From Macrostomum lignano (taxonomy: Eukaryota), in contig NIVC01000829.1 of assembly GCA_002269645.1 (NCBI GenBank), positions 1 to 64,000 on the forward strand: a stretch of DNA of 64,000 bases, given 5' to 3'. Every line of letters begins with the position of its first letter. The first letter of the stretch is position 1. This document shows, one piece after another, positions 23,092 through 33,259 of this stretch. The translations under genes and the position numbers were made by a program. The notes beneath the pieces are model-generated. The model was not told the DNA's origin and did not search any database. It was given only the letters and a program-made list of their open reading frames with translations.

Positions 23092-23412
23092 TGTAGTTCT
23101 CCACCTAGCCAGTCTTGCTTGATTTTAGTGCACTGTGTCGGCCCCAACCCACCCTTGTAGCCGTCTGGCTGCTTAGTCACCCCCGCCCCCAAATAGTCAC
23201 CCATTTTTATACCTTCTGCTAATGTAGTCTAGTTGTGGTGGTGTTACTTCCGTCTCGCGTGTGATTGGATGCCCAGGGTTAAGTCATCTTTCTCTAATTG
23301 ATTGGCTGGGCCTTTGTTGTGTCTACTTAACTCCCGGTTTTCTTTTCCCAAGTTCTTTCTCCCCTCCCCCATGCGCCCGGCCTGGCAGCTCTATTTATTG
23401 AGATCCCTTACA
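23092..23412 (-). promoter_or_regulatory. Promoter/LTR-like module facing leftwards (duplicate at 40652-40972)
   Basis: On the minus strand: CCAAT (23301-23305), CCAAT (23264-23268), ETS CGGAAGT (23246-23252), TATAAAAA (23204-23211); bounded by TGTAA...CTACA; no TSD found. Confidence 0.35.
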
Positions 23413-24439
23413 GGCCACTTTCTCGGCCCTCTCCGGACTGCTTTCCTGTCCTCCCGTTTGGGCTTAAACTGTGTTTAATTGGCGGTCCCCAGCTGCCCCT
23501 TTTTCGATCGCGTACACCTGCTCTGTTCGTCAGCGCCCCCATCGTAATCTGCCAATATACGAGCGACTATTCTCCGCTGCTGAAAAACGCCACGTAGGCC
23601 GCTGTCCCCCGCGTGTTTTTGGATTAGACTGTTTTAGGATCTAGCTGGGATTTGGAGAGACAATCGGGAATCACTTGAGTAGTAGGTTGCGTTGACTGCA
23701 GCATTAGGGTTTGTACACAAGCCCGGATTAGTGGGTATTTTTTTCTGGGATTCCCCCAAATTTAAAATTTAGATTACCCATAAACTGGGGTGCCGAAAAG
23801 CATGAAAACCTTTGAATTTGACTCAGCTTCAACTTCAGAAAGGCTTTCAAATAGTTGCTCGCTATAGTGTCATCTCAGCTAGCAAAATCGATAGCTGTTA
23901 GCTGCTCTATTTTGCTCTTTTTGCCCTAAGCCTTTTATGAGTTTTGCTTGGAGTTGACTGTTGGCTTAGACAATAAAAATAGCTAATTTTGTCAACACCT
24001 GTCTACTTTAGAGCTGTTTTTACTAATAAACTCTCAAGACGTATACGCTCCTAGGCTCGGTTTCTCAATAAAAATGTCAAAATATATGTATTTTGTGACA
24101 CCCGAATCGGATAAGTTTAAAACTCAACGGTTGCCTTGGTGTGTAGTGAGGCGTGCCCTTTAGTAGCACCCTTTAACTTAGTGCTTTGTGTGTGCGCGTG
24201 GGGTTGGCGCGGTTGTGTCCTTTCTACCCCCTTGTGTGCAGCGCCCCCATGCCTACTGAGGGTTTTATGCCTTTGTTTGAGCTGTTCCTCTTGCGTTTCC
24301 GTTCTTGCTCGATTACTATCAATTTTTGCTTTGCCAACCGGGTTTTTGTGGCGTGGCATTAATTCAGCTCCAACTTATACTGCTATTCGAAGCCTTTCAC
24401 TGAGGGCAACAGCGTCCCGGGTAGCAGCTAAGCAGCCTC

Positions 24440-24865
24440 AGATTGTTAGGCAGCGGGGGCGCCTTGATGATGATAGCGAAGAACTCGCGCAGCTCATTTC
24501 TGCGCTTATCTGGAGTGTCGCCAGCCAGGTTGAGCGGGATGCGCCGCTTTCGCCCCAGTCAGAGCGTTGATGGCGGACCAGGTAACACGCCCTTTGGCTT
24601 TGTGTCCAGCGCCGGTGGCGGCCGGGATGGCGTCGTCAACAGCAGTCTGTTGCCGCTGCAGGTAGACAGCTTCCAGCGCCTCCTCCGCCTCTTAAGTTGG
24701 CCGTCTGCTCTTACGGAGCCTCTCCAGCTCTGCCCTCGCTTGCTGAGGTCATCCTGCCAGACCGGCTGCCTGCACGTCCGCTCAATATGCCGACGTTCGC
24801 TCCACTGCCGTCGCTTTGTTCTGCCTCTGTTGGCCACCGCAGCTCTTCAACTTCACCACAGGGAG
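24440..24865 (-). mobile_element. Non-LTR retrotransposon (RTE/RTE-X-like) ORF2 fragment, linker between endonuclease and RT
   Basis: Minus-strand translation AEEALEAVYLQRQQTAVDD..RVTWSAINALTG / KRRIPLNLAGDTPDKRRNELREFFAIIIKAPP, with stops and a frameshift; clade assignment from recalled similarity. Confidence 0.55.
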
Positions 24866-24929
24866 GTCGCAGCATTTACTTGCACCGAGGTGCAAATAAA
24901 ATGAGTCTTACTATTAAACATGCCAATAT

Positions 24930-25330
24930 TGCTCAGCTCGGGCTAATAAGTGACAATGCTGAAGCAGCTGACCTGTTTAACGCTAATCTTGAAAGTGTGC
25001 AGCACTGCAGAGTAGGTTATGAGTAGAGTGGATTTGTAAATTCATACTGAGCATATGAGGGTCAGACAGTTTTTCTAGAAAATATTTTAGCTGAAACTAG
25101 AGTTACGGAGTCACAAAGAAATCTTGTTGGCAGCCTCCAGTCTCCAAACTAGGTTGAAGCATGAGATATCGGTTCGAGGTGCACTGGTTTTAAATAACGG
25201 GTCGATCCAGTGGACAGTAGCCTTTTTTATTGAGAGACTGCGTGAGAAACTGGAAGCACTGTCTGCTATTGCTTACCAGCTTGAATAAGTTTACACAAGT
25301 TTTAGTTTTACGAGCTACAAAACGGAACCG
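24930..25330 (+). pseudogene. Eroded coiled-coil-region relic of a TRIM-like paralogue
   Basis: AQLGLISDNAEAADLFNANLESVQHCR and VDPVDSS match family motifs (ALFELTSDRAEAADLFD; VDPVDNS); many stops. Confidence 0.7.
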
Positions 25331-25635
25331 TTGATAAATTAGAACACGAAAGTAGCTAGTCACCTGATTTTCAGTAATGCTGCAATGCATTTTAACTAAT
25401 AACTTTTATGACTCAAAATTAGGGCATCATATTTAAACGCCTAAGCTTCAACAATTTCTCGAATGTGTCTATGCATTAACCGTATTCTACTATCGCCATT
25501 TGGATTAAAAATATGTTGACTAGTTTTTTATAAAATCAGGGCCATAACACAGATTCAGCGGCGCCTAGAATTCATTATTTATACATATTTAGTATTGCTC
25601 GTATATTTACTAGCTAATATTTTCTCTTTTCAGCT

Positions 25636-27219
25636 ATGCAAACTGAAAGCGTCGATGCAGATACCGACGCACGGACGTGCACCATGACGCATTGCACGGA
25701 GCCGTCGTCAGGTCTTGGCAAATTCTGGAGCGGGCTACTCTGCGAGCGGCATCTCGGTAAAGATGAAAAGATTTTCGAGGAGAGATACGCCGATATAAAA
25801 TCAAAGAACACTGAACCATTATCAAAGACGAACGAGCTCTTAAAAGCAAACCGGGGAGCTCTGTTTGAACTGACCAGCGACAGAGCTGAGGCCGCTGACC
25901 TGTTTGACGCAATCTTTCAGAGATTGCAGCAGTGCAGAGAAAATGTGATGAGCAGATTGGACTCTAAAATAGACCATGTGGAGCAGAATTTGAGAGCTCT
26001 CAGTTTCATAGAAAAACTTTCTGTCGAGATCGGCGAGGAGGAAGCCAAAGGTGTTTCAACTAAAGGATTCAGGCTGCATCAAGAGGTCCAGATCTCTCTT
26101 GAGGATGCCCCGATATCAGAAGAGTTTGTCGATCCGGTAGACAACAGCGTGCACCAGGTACTGAGATTGCAACAGGCTGTTGAAACTGTGGCCGTCGAGG
26201 CTGAGGATCCTGAGGATAAGAAGCGAGAAAGTAGATTTAAGTCTGCTGTGCCCAATGTTAACGTGGCGCTTAATTTGGCCAACAATGTACGCTATCGTAT
26301 GGCTGCTGTTTGCTGCAATACTGCTGGATACTATTTCTCAGCTCAAGCAGTCACGAAGACAAACCAAAACGGATTTCAAGCTCTCCCTAGCGGAAGCACT
26401 TTTTGTGTGGCTAATAATAATAGTTTCCAGCATTGGTTTTTCTCGGTTTTTAATTCAGACATGCAAATAATCAGTCAGTGGAACGTTAATAACGACGGTG
26501 TGCAGCTAGCTGCAGGTACTCTTGTAGATCACCTTCAGCAGATATTTCTTCTTGGAACCAATCAGTCCCTATTTGTGACTGACCTGACTGGCACCCAGTT
26601 GCGAAGTGTCCAGAATGTGCAGTGCCAAGCTGCAATAAGCCTCACTTATGACAATGAGAAGCTGTACATTCTTAGCTACGGTTGTGTGAACTGCCTCTCT
26701 CTGGAGTCGCTTGAGCTGCAGCAGAGCTTGAAGCTGCCTGATCATGTGAAGGACGCTCACAGTGTAACAGCTTCAGGACGCAGCTTAATTCTGGCTACTC
26801 CATCAGCTGTGCATCGATTAAACATCGGCACCGGTGGTGTGAAGAAGCTGATGGACAGTCAAAACTTTGGTGTTGCTGTCATTGACTCTAGATTGATTGC
26901 AGTGTGCGAAACAAATGGAAATGCTGTATTTGTAAGCAGCTCAGGGCAGCGGTTGAGAAGCTTGAGTCTGTCAACCTCTGGTTTCAACTACGTGAGCTAT
27001 TGCCAAACTTGTCGATCTAGCTATATCTGCCCAAATTGTATGAGACAGAGTGCTGACAATCTGCAACAAAAATGCCGATTGTGTGGGTTCAATGTCGCTG
27101 GTAGTACCTGCGAATCTATCATCTGCGGTGATGGTTACTTTGGTTCCACAAGTTGTTTCGTTATTCTTGCGTACATGTCATGCGATCACCAACTTTTTGG
27201 CCGCGTTTCTATTGGTTAA
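25636..27219 (+). CDS. TRIM-like protein, type B paralogue B2 (527 aa) with an extra C-terminal CxxC..CxxC insert
   Basis: Full ORF; family motifs; 24-aa net insertion containing CPNC and CRLC; acceptor TTTTCTCTTTTCAG 2 nt before the ATG. Confidence 0.85.
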   Translation: MQTESVDADTDARTCTMTHCTEPSSGLGKFWSGLLCERHLGKDEKIFEERYADIKSKNTEPLSKTNELLKANRGALFELTSDRAEAADLFDAIFQRLQQCRENVMSRLDSKIDHVEQNLRALSFIEKLSVEIGEEEAKGVSTKGFRLHQEVQISLEDAPISEEFVDPVDNSVHQVLRLQQAVETVAVEAEDPEDKKRESRFKSAVPNVNVALNLANNVRYRMAAVCCNTAGYYFSAQAVTKTNQNGFQALPSGSTFCVANNNSFQHWFFSVFNSDMQIISQWNVNNDGVQLAAGTLVDHLQQIFLLGTNQSLFVTDLTGTQLRSVQNVQCQAAISLTYDNEKLYILSYGCVNCLSLESLELQQSLKLPDHVKDAHSVTASGRSLILATPSAVHRLNIGTGGVKKLMDSQNFGVAVIDSRLIAVCETNGNAVFVSSSGQRLRSLSLSTSGFNYVSYCQTCRSSYICPNCMRQSADNLQQKCRLCGFNVAGSTCESIICGDGYFGSTSCFVILAYMSCDHQLFGRVSIG

Positions 27220-29057
27220 TTATGTAGCTGCTAGCTGGTTTTTTTCAGATTCTTTTACTCTAGAAATGTATGATTTCGAGTATTGTGACTAAGGACCCTG
27301 TCTAAAATTTATCGGACACATGAACCGTATGTTTTGCGGTTATTAAGTTTTAAAGCATGTGTCCAATTTTTTATGTTCGTCATACTCATAAATGATCAAA
27401 GGTTTATTCCCTTTAAAAACTGTCAGCAGTTCTGTCCTTGAATTAAATTATATTTATATATTCATTAAAAAGGCTTTTTGACATAGTGTATTACTACGCC
27501 CCGAGACTCCCTATAGTTACCACTGCATTTTATTGGCCCATGCTGGTTCTGAGTTAATTTGAGATCCTAAAAGTAACACAGTAAGTTCTCAATTTGTTTG
27601 CCATTCTTCTGTCGTTATTTTACTAATAACATAACTTGGTTGCTACGAGCTTGCATATATTGAAATTTATGTTTCTTACTTAGATTTGTTCATGCAAATT
27701 TTTCAAGACGAGTCGCAAAGCTTTCGCTTTATTCTTGCGTTTGAGTTTGTTGGCCAATTTGATTTCTGACGAACTAAACATCTATGTTAAACTTGTTTCT
27801 TGGCATTATCCAGTGAGAGATGTATGCTATCTACATGCTGTCTGTTTGCTTTAGGCAATGAGTTAAGCGGGTGCTTAATTGTGCTGTCATTGCTTCTAAC
27901 CATATTTCCCGTTGCGGCGAAGCCATCATGTTTATATTGACAGAACAGGTTGTAATAGATTTTCACAACTGTGATTTTAGTAATCTCAAGTGTTTTAACT
28001 GGTAACATTCCTATACATATTTATTCGGCAATATTAAATGGTAAAATATTTTTTACAATTCCCACATCTTTTTCCGTTCACCCGCCTTTATGCTTTTGGT
28101 GTACTCGTACTATTTCCATTTACCATATGGACAATTTTCGCATAAAGGAATTTGAATAAAATAGCGGATGTCAAATTATGTGCTGGGGTGAAACTTAATA
28201 CACCAAACCGACTGGAATCGATAAATGATGGGACCAGTTGACTAGAAACGCCGATATATCCCATTCCCGTGTCCTTTTTAGGATCAGCAAGTCTGCTCAA
28301 CAATCTACAGGTGTAGCAAATCACAGTTGAGTTTTAGAGTTTGATTCATTTAATTGAAATATTATGCGCGCAATTATTATCTTAATGACAAAGTGCAATG
28401 GTCTTTTTTATATTACTTGGCTTTGATGATGGTTAGTAAACATGCTCGCAGATAATTCCATGGGCCTCTACTCCTGAAGCAGGGCTACTAATGTTATTAG
28501 TACTTGCTCATAAACCAATATATTGTACGAAGTAGTTCCTTTGAACTCTTTTGTCGTTTAGCTTGCTCCATACTCCATCTTTTAGGACACAAGATGTGTA
28601 GCTGCCCTCCCAGCTGCGTACTGCTGTAGTGAGACACGGTGAATATTGGACATCCCAAGCTGGGGATGCTACGTTCTCGGCTTCACCAGAAGATATGCAT
28701 CTTTTGACCATCCATTCCAGTCCGATTTATATGCATCAGCGTCACACTGCTGCTAGAGACCTGAAGTTAAGGGACCCAGACGGGATGTTACGGCGTTTAT
28801 AGTCAACTGGTCCGACCAGCTATCGAATCTAACCGGTTTGGTTTGGGTTCCATTTATTTCTGCCTTTACATTAAAATCCTCGTTACGCCAATTATTGTTA
28901 GTCAAAATAGCTAAACCTAGCTTTTTGAACTACGATTAGTTGTGCTTGGTCTTTAACGTCTGTATTAATTTTTTCAGCTTGGTTTTAGATTAGCTTTGTG
29001 GTGTTTGCTTGGTTTCTATTTATCGAGAAAGTGTACTGCATTAGCTAGTAGTTACCT

Positions 29058-29439
29058 GGGGGTGGCCCAGCGGTAGCCCAGCGTAGCCCAGCGGTAGCGC
29101 AGCTGCTCTGGTGTGCCAGCGACCCAGGCTCGATTCCAAGTGCAGTCACATTAATTTGGGGCTGAATTGGAATCTCAGCTTGGCTCTGCTCGTGCAATTA
29201 ACGGCCTTGAGAGCCAACCCCCAAGGCGCAGTGAAGTGTACATGCCTAACGATAATATAAAGTTAGGGCCGCTGTGCACTCCAGTGTGAGCGAGTGCCTG
29301 CGTACGTATCCGCGCGCTTGTATGCCTGCTCAGGGGAGTCGGCGGAATGGGCAGTAATGCCTCTCGCCGGTTGTGTGCCTATGTCGCTTAAAGTGCGCCA
29401 GGGTGCACACAACCCCCCTGCCTCTAATAAAAAAAGTAT
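29058..29439 (+). mobile_element. tRNA-derived SINE family B, copy 3 (A-box region triplicated)
   Basis: Near-identical to 6695-7060; TSD TAGTTACCT at 29049-29057 and 29440-29448. Confidence 0.9.
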
Positions 29440-30768
29440 TAGTTACCTACTTGCAGTAATAATAGATTTGTGGTACACCTTGTTTTTTTGCAAAATTTGA
29501 GCTAATTATTATTTGATTTTTTGTTGGTAGTTGTGACATTTTTCGCTTTTAATCTAGTTAGTCTTTAATGTTACATGTATCGTTTACTTTTACGCTTGTA
29601 TTTATTTTGGTGCAGCTTTTTTCACAAAACCTTTTTTGAATTTTACTTAGCTAAAATACACAGTACTCTAGCTGTCAACCGTCTCAAAAACAGACAGTAC
29701 TGACCGGATTTCCTTTAAAGCTGGTTTATTTTCACCTCATTTCGTTAATACATTGTTATCAGCTATTACACTTGTATGTAACTCCAGTTAAAAGGTGACC
29801 AATCTATTGAGTGACAATTAGTGGCAGTCTGTCGAATTATGCATTTCAGCTGAGGCAGGCTCGTTATTTTAATATTAGCGCACATCTATCTTTTAAATTC
29901 CCGCAAAATTATGCTTAGTTACAAACTTGTTTAAATAGGATATTTGTTCGAATAGTTCGATTTTTATATTCGGGGAAATTATTTTTGTTATAATATTTTA
30001 AAGAAAATTGTTTATTCACGACCCTCGCACCCATCCTCCGTTATCAAGACTATAAATACAAGCGTTTTCGGGCAGTTTTTCCTTCGTTCGCCGTTTCTCT
30101 GATTCGGTTTTTAAGAAAGCAAATCGTGTTGGCTCAGTATCTAGAAAGCAGAAAGAGAGAAAAGCTGTAAGAAGCAAACAAGCGGTCGATTAGTCGGGCA
30201 ACTCCTTCCCAGGACAGCCTGTACTTAGGACTGGATAAATAAGTATAGAAATTTAGTAATAATCAGTAAATTAAAGTACATGTAGACCAGTGTTTGCCAC
30301 TCGACACTGCTACCAGGACTACTTGCATAATTCAAGGAGTCCTAGACTAAGATTCTGGATTTAGTGTTTTCCTAGAAATAACAAATTTAACATATAACGA
30401 CAACTTGTGACGGAAGTAAAACACTTTTCACGTTCAATTTTGAACAAAGTCCAGTTCTAAAAAAACTAGCGAAAATTCAATTCAGACAATTCAGACTGGG
30501 ACAACAAACCCCAGTTCAAAACATTATGCAACCGAAGCAAGTTTTAGCCATAGACAAAATTGTCCCTAGTCTGAATTGTCCCCAGTGTGATACATATGAT
30601 ATTAACTATTGGTGTGTAGAAAAAATGTGAATTTTGGTGCTAACTGATGATATGGCTAAAATTGGAGAAATATTGTTTAATTTTTTAGCTGTTTTCGGTA
30701 AATTACTTTTCGATTAACACCATAAAATTCAATTTTTTGTAAAAACTATGCAGATAAACGTTACAGCG

Positions 30769-31208
30769 ATGGCAACAAAACGTAAATCAAGCGCAACAAG
30801 CGACGAGCAGGATCGACCAGCAAGCCGACTGTGCAGCCTCAGCCACTGCCAGAGCCCGGCTTCGGGCCGCGGACACTATTGGGCCGGCCTCTGCGCTGAG
30901 CATCTGGAGAGTGACAAACATCAGTTTAAAAGTCGGTTCGCCAGCATTAAGAAGGAAACTAATTCGATACTCGCTAGTGTTTTGCAGCTCACAAACCGCG
31001 CTAAAGCTGCTTAATTCGAGCTGACGACTGACCGGGCTGAGGCGGCTGACCTGTTTGATGATGTCCTTGAAAGAGTGAATGAGTGCAGGGAGAAAGTGCT
31101 TGCTTGGTAGATTAGACTCGAATATTGCAGATATGGAGCAGATCCAGAGGTCTCTCAGCTGTGCAGAGAAACTTTCGGTTGATATCAGAAGTCAGTCAGC
31201 CCTACTAG
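30769..31208 (+). pseudogene. Type C mini-gene C1 (finger + coiled coil only), disrupted
   Basis: MATKRKSS..CSLSHC..LCAEH; premature TAA at 31012-31014 and a 4-bp duplication (CTTG) near 31100. Confidence 0.85.
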
Positions 31209-33259
31209 TACTAAAACTTTGTAAACAGTGAAAGTTTTTTTCAACTGGGCTACCGAGTTTTAAACTTATTTGATGATAGGGAGTGTCAATACATTTCTAG
31301 TTTGATCTCTTGGCTTTGTGTTGAGACAGCCGATATAGCTGAATGGCGGTACAAATAAGATTAATAGGAATTTCTATAGTCCATACAACTTTAGTGTTTT
31401 TGTACCTTATAAAAACTTGCGTTATTCATTGGCTATTAGAAATTCATGTTCCTATCAGCTTTTCTGTCAGGACTCTAAGCCCCTCTTGACCTTGGCTACG
31501 CTACTGGCTGTGTGCATGAGTATAAACCTTAGATTCCATCTTATTTCAGCATTTCAACCTTTCTGCATAGCTCTTATGCTTTTTTAAATTGAGCCGTCCA
31601 ATTTAGAACAGAAGACGATTGGTGTTTGGGATTTTTAATATGTACTTTTGTTTGCTCACTCTAATTGATAAATAAGCCAACACGATGTCCGGTGCTATCT
31701 TAGTGTTACCAATGTGAAAACATACTTTTATGCTAGGAATGTGGTGTTGGCATTCCCAAAATTTTCCGAAAGTATTCACTAAGACATGCTACAGCTTTTT
31801 CTACTTTACTACTGTCGGAAACTATTTAACGTTTATGCTATTATTTTTTAAGTACCCAATTGTTGTTTAGAATCGTTTTCCATTATACAAGCGTATAGAT
31901 ATGCATAAATATATAGCTTTGGTCTAGAAGTTAGAAAATTATTTTAATAGTTATTTTTCTAGTTTTGAGCAGTTAATCCAGAATTTTGTGGCCATATGAT
32001 TCTTATTAATTCCATATATCACTTTCGATAACGACCTGTTAAGGTACTCAAATAACAGAAAGGTCATGAGGAAAGTTTTGTTAGGTTGCTACCTACCTAT
32101 GTGCCGTAGGTATTTACCTCTCTTGTCTGAAGGTTGTTGGTTTCACACTCCATAACTTTTCAACTTGTTAAATCGCCTGACTTAACGATGTCAAAATTTA
32201 TGATCTCATAAACTTCATATTAACAAAATCTCACTTGACATAAATTTGTGCAAGCAACCAATCCCAATCTCTATAGAAAGTGCGCGTATATTCGAAAATT
32301 TTGGTCCTTGCGTTGGCAGAAATTTTTTTGCGCAAGCAGCAGGGGGCTTTTGGTTGTGAGTGAGGAAGCCTTCTTCAAAAAACTTCAGATTTCGAAGTTC
32401 GATGGTAGTAAACTCTGATGTTTACCGACTTTGTAATATCTAGTGCTGAAATTAAGCGACAATTAAAATAATGTTTTATAGCTTGCTTTACTGTTCTTGA
32501 ACCTTAACGCATTTCTGTTTTTGTTCCAGTACTCGCAAGTTTTGCTATGATTCCACAGTCTTGCTCGTCTATTTTTCATGAAAAATGTCGCCCTTCGATT
32601 GTATCTACCGTTGGTATATTATTGTCCTTACTATAATTATTGCTATATGTTTTCAAGTTTGTATTTTCTGAATCACAATATATAAACTGGCAGATGGCGT
32701 AACAAAAAATTCTCTTTTCAAACGTTTTTATCGCCATTTCTTAGTTATTTGAATAATTAGTAACCATTATAGTTTAAATGTGGGCTCATTTTAGTTAGGT
32801 ACATGTACTAGGTAACCCATTTTCACTTTTTGTAATAATTATCATGATTATACGATATGAAAACTGTCAGGCTAATGACTTTCTAAATTCTTAGATAGTT
32901 TTCATTTATAAGCATCAAATTTATTAAAACTCTCTGGATTTTAGTGAAATACTGAGCCCTTTCCGAGGAGCTTAAGTGTCTCAACACCGAATCAATGCTT
33001 CCCATCAAATCATGACAATTTTTTGCATTCTTAGATGCAAAAATATGTACAACCTCAATACCAACCGAAAGCATTAAGCAATGAGAGGTTCCGATGCAGT
33101 ACAGCATGGTATGGTAGCAAGCCCAAGCCCTTGCATGTATAAAAATTCTTTCTTTATAAACAATCAATCCTATAACAACTTCAGCAGCGATTAGCATTTA
33201 GTATTGTTATTATTAGTATTACTCGTATGTTCAATACCTAACGTTTTCTCTTTGCAGCT

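Larger units (their letters stand above)
19825..24075 (+). repeat. Segmental duplication copy 1 (partner 37347-41655)
   Basis: Long high-identity match by eye, e.g. ORFs 20619/38173 and 21878/39480 and the 23.1/40.6-kb element; boundaries approximate. Confidence 0.9.
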
